A DNA stretch of 64,000 nt from Gammaproteobacteria bacterium (lineage in GTDB: Bacteria > Pseudomonadota > Gammaproteobacteria > Arenicellales > CAJQKF01), in NCBI GenBank assembly GCA_030429665.1, contig JAUIEZ010000004.1, positions 3,967 to 67,966 of the forward strand, read 5' to 3'. Below are positions 57,132 to 64,000 of this stretch, one piece after another; position 1 is the stretch's first letter; each line of letters opens with the position of its first letter. The position numbers were made by a program, and so were the translations under genes. The notes beneath the pieces were generated by a model. It had not been told where the DNA came from, searched no databases, and was given only the letters and a program-made list of their open reading frames with translations.

Positions 57132-57839
57132 ATGCAGGATTTTGCACAGTCTTTCTATCTTGCCTTCCAGCTGGTCGCCTCGGCCAATCCCGACCTCGTC
57201 GAGATCGTCCTGCTTTCCCTCAAGGTGAGCCTGTCGGCGGTTTTCCTGTCCGTTCTCATCGGACTGCCGCTCGGCGCGGCGATCGGCGTGGCGCGCTTTC
57301 CCGGTCGCAACGCGGTCATCGTTCTCGTGAATTCCCTCATGGGACTGCCGCCGGTGGTCGTGGGCCTGCTGGTCTACCTGGCGCTGTCCAACGCCGGTCC
57401 GTTCGGCTGGATGCGGCTGCTGTATTCGCCGGCGGCCATGATCATTGCCCAGACGGTATTGATCACGCCGATCGTCGCGGCGTTGACGCGCGAGATCGTC
57501 GAGCAACTGAACGACGAATACGCCGAGTACTTTCGCTCCCTGTGCCTGCCGAGGCACCGCGCGCTGGCGGCCTACCTGTGGGATGCGCGATTCAACCTGC
57601 TTACCGTGGGGCTGGCGGGATTCGGTCGCGCGGTGGCGGAGGTCGGCGCGGTGATTGTGGTGGGGGGCAATATCGATCACCTGACCCGGGTGATGACCAC
57701 CGCCATTGCGCTGGAGACCTCCAAGGGCGATCTCGCCCTGGCCCTGGCGCTGGGACTGGTATTGATGGTGATCGCGTTGTCGGTCAATGCCCTGGTCATG
57801 ATGATGCGCGGCACGGCGACGCGCACTGCCTATGCGTGA
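57132..57839 (+). CDS. tupB: tungstate-type ABC transporter permease
   Basis: 235-aa 5-6 TM ABC permease, co-linear with a TupC-like ATPase and a TupA-like binding protein. Confidence 0.75.
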   Translation: MQDFAQSFYLAFQLVASANPDLVEIVLLSLKVSLSAVFLSVLIGLPLGAAIGVARFPGRNAVIVLVNSLMGLPPVVVGLLVYLALSNAGPFGWMRLLYSPAAMIIAQTVLITPIVAALTREIVEQLNDEYAEYFRSLCLPRHRALAAYLWDARFNLLTVGLAGFGRAVAEVGAVIVVGGNIDHLTRVMTTAIALETSKGDLALALALGLVLMVIALSVNALVMMMRGTATRTAYA

Positions 57840-57850
57840 CCGGGCGTTCC

Positions 57851-58564
57851 ATGGCGAACCTGTTGCCTTTGGTCGTCCGGGATCTCGGCTACGCGGTGCG
57901 AGATACCGTGCTGCTGCGGGACGTGAACTTCACGGTGAAAAGCCCGGGCGTCACCGTGGTGATGGGACCCAACGGCGCCGGCAAGAGCCTGCTGCTGCGC
58001 CTGCTGCACGGATTGCTGGCGCCTTCCCGCGGCAGCGTGACCTGGGGAGGCGCGCCGCCGGACGACGCGGTGCGCCGGCGTCAGGCGATGATGGCGCAGC
58101 GGCCCGTCCTCTTGCGACGCTCGGTGCGTGCGAACATGGATTTCGTATTGTCCCTTCGCGAGATCGAAGACCGGCGCGGCACGTGCGACGCCCTCCTCGA
58201 ACGGGTCGGCCTGTTGCCGTTCGCCGCGCGTCCGGCGCGGCGCCTGTCGGGTGGCGAGCAACAACGCCTGGCGCTGGCGCGCGCGCTGGCGCAAGGTCCG
58301 GAGGTGCTGTTCATGGATGAGCCCGCATCGAGCCTGGATCCGGCCTCGACCGCGACCATAGAGTCGGTGGTGCGCGAGCTCAAGCACGCGGGGACCAAGG
58401 TCGTGCTGGTGACCCACGACGCGGCCCAGGCGCGGCGCCTCGCCGAGGACGTCGTATTCCTCCATCGCGGCACATTGACGGAGCAGGCGTCCGCGGAACG
58501 GTTTTTCGAGCGTCCCTCGAGTGAGGCGGCGCGGCAGTACCTGGCCGGAGGGCTTGTTATCTAG
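57851..58564 (+). CDS. tupC: tungstate-type ABC transporter ATP-binding protein
   Basis: ATG 57851 (MANLLPLVVRDLGY...) lies inside track ORF 57026..58564. Walker A GPNGAGKS, signature LSGGEQQRLALARA, Walker B LFMDEPASSLD. Confidence 0.8.
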   Translation: MANLLPLVVRDLGYAVRDTVLLRDVNFTVKSPGVTVVMGPNGAGKSLLLRLLHGLLAPSRGSVTWGGAPPDDAVRRRQAMMAQRPVLLRRSVRANMDFVLSLREIEDRRGTCDALLERVGLLPFAARPARRLSGGEQQRLALARALAQGPEVLFMDEPASSLDPASTATIESVVRELKHAGTKVVLVTHDAAQARRLAEDVVFLHRGTLTEQASAERFFERPSSEAARQYLAGGLVI

Positions 58565-58641
58565 CGGGCCGCCGAAGCGGTTTTCAATGTGTCGGCCTTT
58601 GGGTCGGCGCCGTTTTTTTAACCTATCGGGAGGAAACGTTC

Positions 58642-59478
58642 GTGTTGAGGAGAAAAGCAGGGAAACTGGTTTGGGGTGCGGCCGCCGCGTTCGCCCTCGG
58701 TGGTGTGCTGGTCGGCGTTGCGCACGCGCAGGACGAATCGATCATCGTGCAGTCCACCACGTCCACGGCCAATTCCGGCCTGTACGACCATCTGCTGCCG
58801 ATATTCGAGGAGAAGACCGGTATCAAGGTAAACGTCGTCGCGGTGGGCACCGGTCAGGCGATCAAGAACGCGTCCAACGGCGACGGCGACGTGCTGCTGG
58901 TGCACGCCAAGCCCGCCGAGGAGAAATTCGTTGCCGACGGCTTCGGCGTCGAGCGCTTCGATGTCATGTACAACGACTTCATATTCGTTGGCCCGCCGGC
59001 GGATCCGGCTGGCGTGAAGGATGCCGGCAGCGTTTCCGAGGCACTGGAGAAGATCGCCGGCGCCGAGGCGCCGTTCGCCTCGCGCGGCGACGATTCGGGC
59101 ACCCATAAAAAGGAGATAAGCCTGTGGAAAACCGCTGGTATCGACCCGACCGAGGCGAGCGGAAGCTGGTATCGCGAGACCGGTTCGGGCATGGGCGCGA
59201 CGCTCAACGCGGCGGTGGGCATGGGTGCCTACGCCATGACCGATCGCGGTACCTGGATCAGCTTCAAGAACAAGGGTGACTACGAGATCGTGCTCGAGGG
59301 TCACGACAACCTGTTCAACCAGTACGGCGTTATTCTCGTCAATCCCGAAAAGCATCCTCACGTCAAGGCCGAGGCCGGACAGTCGTTTATCGACTGGATT
59401 CTCGGCGACGAGGGACAAGACGCCATTGCCGACTACAAGCTGGACGGACAGCAACTGTTCTTTCCCAACGCCAAGTAG
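58642..59478 (+). CDS. tupA: tungstate ABC transporter substrate-binding protein
   Basis: GTG 58642 is preceded by GGGAGGAA. Signal peptide, then the TupA hallmarks TTSTANSGL, VAVGTGQAIK, YNDFIFVGP and SRGDDSGTHKKE. Confidence 0.85.
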   Translation: MLRRKAGKLVWGAAAAFALGGVLVGVAHAQDESIIVQSTTSTANSGLYDHLLPIFEEKTGIKVNVVAVGTGQAIKNASNGDGDVLLVHAKPAEEKFVADGFGVERFDVMYNDFIFVGPPADPAGVKDAGSVSEALEKIAGAEAPFASRGDDSGTHKKEISLWKTAGIDPTEASGSWYRETGSGMGATLNAAVGMGAYAMTDRGTWISFKNKGDYEIVLEGHDNLFNQYGVILVNPEKHPHVKAEAGQSFIDWILGDEGQDAIADYKLDGQQLFFPNAK

Positions 59479-59485
59479 CCGACCG

Positions 59486-59506
59486 ATCCGCCCTTTTCGG
59501 GCGGAT
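59486..59506. terminator. stem-loop between convergent tupA and the regulator gene (possible bidirectional terminator)
   Basis: ATCCGCCC-TTTTC-GGGCGGAT, an 8-bp perfect stem 8 nt after the tupA stop. A T7 run follows at ~59545 after a second, weaker hairpin. Confidence 0.5.
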
Positions 59507-59564
59507 AAACTGCGTTTGCCACACGCCATGGACGGCGGGCTTTTTTTCGTGGCAAGCGAAGCGT

Positions 59565-60449
59565 TCAGCCGTTGAAGTGGACGCTGCCCAGTCCCTTTAC
59601 GTCGTAGCCCTCCAGTGACGCGGCGTGCTCGCGAAACGCCGGCGACTCGCAGAAACGAAGGAAGGTCTGGAAGGGTGGGTCGAACCATGCGCGGCGGTCC
59701 ACCAGCAGGTCGAAACGCTCGCGCATCAACGGCACGAAACCGAGCCGGTAACGCCGTGCCAGGGTTGCCAGGCCGAGCGCCGCGTCGGCGGCGCCTTCCA
59801 GTACCGCGGTGGCGGCATCGGTCTCGGTATGGGCGGTTCCCGAGAAGTCGATCTCGTCTGCGGCGATTCCGGCCGTCTCCAGCAATTGCAACAACAGGAT
59901 CTGGCTGCCGGCCTGTGCCTGGCGCGGCACGACCCGTCGCCCGCGCAAATCCTCGATGCCGCGAATTTCACTGTCCGGGTCGGCGCCGACGATCAATCCG
60001 CGGTCGCGCCAGCAGAACTCCACCAGTACCACCGGTTGGCCGGCGAAGTGGCGCGCCACCGTGTCCACGTTCCAGTTCCCGGTGGCGCGATCGAACAGGT
60101 GGATTCCCGCTGCCAGGCCGTCGCCGGCACGGAACCGGTTGAGCCCGTCGAGACTGCCGTCGAAAAAACTCGCCAGGCCGCAGCCGGATGCCTTGAGCGC
60201 CCAGTCCAGTAGCGGATCGTGACTGCCCAGCATCACCTCCGGCCGGTGGGTGTCGGCGGGCGCCGCCAGGCCGTTGCCGTGTCTCGCCAGCCAGGCGTCT
60301 ACCTCGCGCTTGGGAAACAACAGCTTGCCGGTGGCGCGGGTGCAGGGGATGTCGCCGGAGGACGCCAGGTCGTATACCTTGCGTTCCTTGATGCGCAACA
60401 GCACCGCCAGCTCGCGGGTGGTCAGGTATTCGGCCTCGGTTCGCTCCAT
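59565..60449 (-). CDS. transcriptional regulator: excisionase/MerR-type HTH fused to a periplasmic-binding-protein-like (molybdate/tungstate-type) domain
   Basis: ATG 60449 (MERTEAEYLTTRELAVLLRIKERKVYDLASSGDIPCTRATGKLLFPKREVDAWL), then a PBP-like domain. The track ORF is over-extended to 60710. Confidence 0.75.
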   Translation of the reverse strand: MERTEAEYLTTRELAVLLRIKERKVYDLASSGDIPCTRATGKLLFPKREVDAWLARHGNGLAAPADTHRPEVMLGSHDPLLDWALKASGCGLASFFDGSLDGLNRFRAGDGLAAGIHLFDRATGNWNVDTVARHFAGQPVVLVEFCWRDRGLIVGADPDSEIRGIEDLRGRRVVPRQAQAGSQILLLQLLETAGIAADEIDFSGTAHTETDAATAVLEGAADAALGLATLARRYRLGFVPLMRERFDLLVDRRAWFDPPFQTFLRFCESPAFREHAASLEGYDVKGLGSVHFNG

Positions 60450-60499
60450 GGGGGAATCATAACCCGACGCGGTTCGGTTCGGCGGGCGCATTGTCGCAC

Positions 60500-60961
60500 T
60501 CAACGCGGGGTGTCGCTCTCGCCGATGTCCTCGTTCCAGAGGTGAGGTTTCGCCGCGATGAACCGGGACATCAGGTCGACGCACTCCTCGCTGTCGATCA
60601 CCTCGACGTCGACACCGCGTTCGCGCAAGTACCGCTCCGGTCCCTGGAAGGTACGATTCTCGCCGACGACCACGCGCGGAATGCGATAGAGCAGGATCGC
60701 GCCGCTGCACATGTCGCAGGGCGACAGCGTGGAGTAGAGAACCGATCGCCGGTAGGTGTCGGCATCGAGGCGGCCGGCGTTCTCCAGGCAGTCCATTTCC
60801 GCGTGCAGCACCGCGCTTGAGCGCTGCACGCGACGGTTGTGGCCGCGCCCGACGATTACACCGTCCACGACGAGCACCGAGCCGATGGGAATGCCGCCCT
60901 CGTCCAGGCCGACCCGGGCCTCGTCGATGGCTGCCCGCATGAAGTTGTCCATGTAGTGCAC
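60500..60961 (-). CDS. zinc-dependent nucleoside/cytosine deaminase (FCY1-like, CMP/dCMP deaminase fold)
   Basis: HAEMDCLENAG and SPCDMCSGAIL zinc motifs. 153 aa. Confidence 0.85.
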   Translation of the reverse strand: MHYMDNFMRAAIDEARVGLDEGGIPIGSVLVVDGVIVGRGHNRRVQRSSAVLHAEMDCLENAGRLDADTYRRSVLYSTLSPCDMCSGAILLYRIPRVVVGENRTFQGPERYLRERGVDVEVIDSEECVDLMSRFIAAKPHLWNEDIGESDTPR

Positions 60962-61093
60962 GCTCCCGGTTGCCGATTGTGGTTACCGCAAGTCTAATGC
61001 GCGCGCGCCGTCGAGGCGACCCGATGTCGGGACGCTGGGCAAGCCTTCGCGTCGGCGTGTATAGTCGCCCCTGCTTTCAATCCACTGCCGCCG

Positions 61094-61945
61094 ATGACCG
61101 AGAACACCCATCGCAAGCTCGTCTGCGTATCAGGACTGCCGCGAGCCGGATCGACGCTGCTGTGCCAGCTCCTCGCCCAGCATCCGGCAATATACAGCCC
61201 CGGACACAGCTCGCCGCTCGCCTCGCTGCTCAATGACATCCGCCACCGCGTGAGCGACAACGACTTCTTCCTGTCCCAGCTCGACGTGGATTTCGACCGC
61301 AGTTACGGCCAGCTCGTCGCCGCCTATCGCGGCTTCATAGACGGCTGGTTCTCGCCCGCGCAAGGCGCGGGCGTGGTGGTCGACAAGAACCGCGGCTGGC
61401 TGGCGATGGTGGAGACGCTGGAGGTGCTGCACCCGAACTTCATGATCCTGGTATGCGTGCGCGACCTGGCGCAAATCCTCGGTTCCATCGAGGCGCAGCA
61501 CGACCGCACGAGGCTCATCGATTTCCCCGACCACATCGACGCGCACAATCCCTTCGTTCGCGCCGATCGGCTGTTCGGCCGCGGCGGCATCGTGGGCGGG
61601 CCGCTGTCGTCGATCGAGTACGCGAGGCAGATCAAGAATCCCGCCATACAGGACCGCATTCTCTACGTGCCGTTCGAATACCTGGTCGACAACGTCGTGC
61701 AGGCCATGCGGGAGATCTACGCCAAGCTCGGCGTCGAGCCGTTAGACGTCGATCCGTCGAACCTGAAGGTCACGCCCCACGAAAGCGACAGTTACTACCG
61801 CTTCAAGTATCGCCACAAGACCTATCCCGCGCTGCAAAAACCCGAGGTGCACGGGGTCATGCCCGGCATCGCCCAGTCGCTGCGAAACAGGTTCAAGTGG
61901 TACTACCAGGCCTTCTATCCCGAGAAGGCGGCCGACGCCAACTAG
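61094..61945 (+). CDS. sulfotransferase family protein
   Basis: N-terminal PAPS 5'-phosphosulfate-binding-loop-like motif VCVSGLPRAGSTLL. 283 aa. The family call rests on this motif only. Confidence 0.65.
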   Translation: MTENTHRKLVCVSGLPRAGSTLLCQLLAQHPAIYSPGHSSPLASLLNDIRHRVSDNDFFLSQLDVDFDRSYGQLVAAYRGFIDGWFSPAQGAGVVVDKNRGWLAMVETLEVLHPNFMILVCVRDLAQILGSIEAQHDRTRLIDFPDHIDAHNPFVRADRLFGRGGIVGGPLSSIEYARQIKNPAIQDRILYVPFEYLVDNVVQAMREIYAKLGVEPLDVDPSNLKVTPHESDSYYRFKYRHKTYPALQKPEVHGVMPGIAQSLRNRFKWYYQAFYPEKAADAN

Positions 61946-62634
61946 AAAATCCTGAATACCGGCTTGGGCACCACGCCGGCGAAGTCGACGAAGTTCACGA
62001 CGAAGTGGGCGAGGGCGATCGGCAGCAGACGTCGCGTGCGCAGGTAGACGATCATGAAGACCGCGCCGATGACCGAGGCGACCACCACCACGTGCAATCC
62101 CAGGCTCCAGTGGATGAGGCCGAAGAGTATCGCGGACACCACGACGATCACGGTGGGGCTGCGGGTGTAACGCGACAGCACGCGGTAAGCCGCGGCGCGA
62201 AATACCAGTTCCTCGACGAAACCTACCAGCAACAGGCCGACCGTGAGGTCGATCCAGTTCCAGGCCGCGCTGGTGATGGCCGGCATGCCGCCGAGCGGTG
62301 AATAACCCGGCATGCCGCCGAGCAGAACGTAACCGTTCTGGTCGATCAGCGTACCGGCGATCGCCGCAACGGCGAATGCGACGATCGCGCGAGCGGTGTC
62401 GTCGCTGCCAAGTCCGAGTTCGTCGCGGCTGGCGCGATCGCTGGCGATCAGCCACCAGGCCAGTGCCAGCGGCAATGCCTTCACGCCCAGGTAATCGATC
62501 GCCAACCACCATCGCCAATCGTCAACGTAGATGCTGGCGAAGTCGTTGAGGTAGAAAGGCGCTGCCAGCAACGCGAACAGCGGCAGCGTGAAACCCGTGC
62601 GCGGATTGCCGGCCGACTGTCGGAGCGCGGTCAC
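61942..62634 (-). CDS. CPBP family intramembrane glutamic endopeptidase (CAAX protease/Abi family)
   Basis: Motifs EELVFRAAAY, FGLIHW and HFVVNF in a multi-TM ORF. Confidence 0.8.
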   Translation of the reverse strand: MTALRQSAGNPRTGFTLPLFALLAAPFYLNDFASIYVDDWRWWLAIDYLGVKALPLALAWWLIASDRASRDELGLGSDDTARAIVAFAVAAIAGTLIDQNGYVLLGGMPGYSPLGGMPAITSAAWNWIDLTVGLLLVGFVEELVFRAAAYRVLSRYTRSPTVIVVVSAILFGLIHWSLGLHVVVVASVIGAVFMIVYLRTRRLLPIALAHFVVNFVDFAGVVPKPVFRIF

Positions 62635-62937
62635 TGCGTCCGGTTCGCCGGGATCTCGAGAAGCGGGAACGCGACGCGAGCGGCAAGATCGACTTCAACA
62701 GACGTGTGCATGCGACACCGTCCTTTCGCGTCCCCGTGACAGTTAACGCGAGTGTACCCCCAATTTCCCGACTCGTATGCGGCGGCACTGTCGTTCACGT
62801 CCTCACGATCACGATCTCGGCGGTAGATCCACCGGAACGTCACCACTCGTCCGCAACGGAGCCCTCGTCACCGTCCGCGGCACGTTCCGAAGCCATTCGT
62901 GCCGCCTCCGCCGAAAGATATCGGGCACCGCGCGCTT

Positions 62938-64000
62938 CTATGCCTTCGCCAGCCGGATCGTCCAGTTTTCGTCGTCGACCCCTCGCTCGCTCGAGAACTC
63001 CCCGGCGAAATCGCTACCGCCCCATTCCGCGGCCAGCGTTTCGCCCATCAGGTAGTCGCGGTACGTGTCGAGCGCCTGCCGTACGCGGCCGTCGCCCTCC
63101 ACGCGCAGCACGATGCGGTCCGAGACCTCGAGCCCGGCCTGCTTGCGCGCGTCCTGCACGGTGCGCACGAGTTCGCGGGCAATGCCTTCGACCCGTAGCG
63201 CCTCGTCGAGCTGGGTGTCGAGGCCGACCAGGTAGCCGCCTTCCTCGGCGCAGGCGAAGCCCTCGGCGGACTCGGTTTCCACCAGCACGTCGTCGGCGGC
63301 GAAGGCGAGCAGCCGCCCGTCCACTTCGACCTCGAAGGTCTCGCCCGCGGCGTGAGCGCGCACCAGGGCGGCGCCGTCGCAGCTCGCCAGCGCCTCGCGG
63401 ATGGCCGGCACCAGCTTGCCGTAGCGCTTGCCGAGTTCGGGCAGCTTGGGCTTGATGCGGTAGCGCACCAGTTCGGTGTCGGCGGCCAGGAACTCGATCG
63501 TCTTGACGTTCAGTTCGTCGAGCACCTGGGCCTCGTGGCGCGCCAGCGCGTCGCGCGCCCGCTCGTCCGGCACGCGCACCAGCATGCGCGACAACGGCTG
63601 GCGCACTCGCACGCGACTGGCCTCGCGGGCCGCGCGGCCCAGGCCGACCACGCGCTGGACCACGTCGAAATCGAGTACCAGTTCGTCGTCGATCAGCGCC
63701 GGGTCGGCTTCGGGCCATGGCGTCATGTGCACCGACAGCGGCGCCGAGCCATCGACGCCGCGCACCAGGTTCTGATACACGTCCTCGGCGAGAAACGGCA
63801 TGAACGGCGCTATCAGGCGATGCGCGGTGTCGAGGCACTCGTAGAGCGTGAGATAGGCGGCCTGCTTGTCGTCTCCGGCTTCCGCCTTCCAGAAGCGGCG
63901 GCGGTTGCGGCGCACGTACCAGTTGGAGAGCTGGTCGACGAACGATTCGATGGCGCGCCCCGCGCCCTGGGCGTCGTAGTGGTCCATCGCCTCGGTGACC
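62938..64000 (-). CDS. ileS: isoleucine--tRNA ligase, type 2 (eukaryote-like) C-terminal part; the 5' end lies beyond the window
   Basis: WYVRRNRRRFWKAEAGDDKQAAYLTLYECL...APFMPFLAEDVYQNL anticodon-binding region, with a long C-terminal extension lacking the type-1 Zn-finger Cys pairs. The frame stays open through base 64000 (VTEAMDHYD...). Confidence 0.85.
   Translation of the reverse strand, partial: VTEAMDHYDAQGAGRAIESFVDQLSNWYVRRNRRRFWKAEAGDDKQAAYLTLYECLDTAHRLIAPFMPFLAEDVYQNLVRGVDGSAPLSVHMTPWPEADPALIDDELVLDFDVVQRVVGLGRAAREASRVRVRQPLSRMLVRVPDERARDALARHEAQVLDELNVKTIEFLAADTELVRYRIKPKLPELGKRYGKLVPAIREALASCDGAALVRAHAAGETFEVEVDGRLLAFAADDVLVETESAEGFACAEEGGYLVGLDTQLDEALRVEGIARELVRTVQDARKQAGLEVSDRIVLRVEGDGRVRQALDTYRDYLMGETLAAEWGGSDFAGEFSSERGVDDENWTIRLAKA

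Noticed and set aside
61942-62634. CPBP/Abi-family protease as an abortive-infection or bacteriocin-immunity system.
   Set aside because: Only the generic CPBP motifs are present. There is no adjacent bacteriocin, toxin or phage-related gene, so there is no positive evidence beyond the family name.
62631-62846. 71-aa ORF (-) in the gap between the CPBP gene and ileS.
   Set aside because: There is no RBS, no recognisable motif, and an odd composition. It overlaps the CPBP start region and is likely a chance ORF in the promoter/terminator spacer.
1-64000. Search for CRISPR arrays, tRNA/rRNA genes, IS elements, integrases, prophage or plasmid genes, and long direct repeats.
   Set aside because: None was recognised by eye in any intergenic region or ORF translation. 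This is a visual scan only. Short or degenerate repeats and small RNAs could have been missed without computational tools.

Overview
This is a high-GC chromosomal segment (about two-thirds G+C by eye, not computed) with proteobacterial-type gene content. It is densely coding, with about 50 CDS, two of them cut by the window edges. I recognised no rRNA, tRNA, CRISPR array, transposase, integrase or phage gene.

Gene order, left to right:
- GMC oxidoreductase plus its Tat small subunit, and an MFS exporter.
- proX-proW-proV glycine-betaine ABC system.
- SAM methyltransferase plus a secreted Vgb-like beta-propeller, then yajD.
- A methylcrotonyl-CoA-carboxylase-type beta/alpha pair and a DUF2189 membrane protein.
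- A ~17 kb block (13.2-31 kb) with two DctPQM TRAP transporters, a sigma-54 enhancer-binding protein, a 4-domain rhodanese, a PaaK-like CoA ligase, an enoyl-CoA hydratase, an MmgE/PrpD protein, a class-III aminotransferase, a GST and an IlvD/Edd dehydratase.
- Single genes: nitronate monooxygenase, LysE, SDR, SnoaL-like, aldo/keto reductase.
- A 0.9 kb stretch I cannot assign.
- Two giant, translationally coupled sensor proteins.
- TAXI-TRAP transporter, LemA, an AraC/GyrI regulator, a MATE exporter, an ABC exporter and a DUF3187-like protein.
- Pat-type lysine acetyltransferase divergent from an HDAC-type deacetylase.
- tupB-tupC-tupA plus an HTH-PBP regulator.
- FCY1-type deaminase, sulfotransferase, CPBP protease, and the 3' part of a type-2 ileS.

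The strongest sequence-level result is five near-perfect sigma-54 -24/-12 promoters. Each sits correctly upstream of a transcription unit in the 13-31 kb block. Together with the single enhancer-binding protein, they define one regulon for a substrate I cannot identify. This is the best candidate for an undescribed system here, but its function is inference only.

Many long ORFs in the supplied track are antisense shadows typical of high-GC DNA. Several true starts are internal GTG/TTG/ATG codons that overlap the upstream stop codon.
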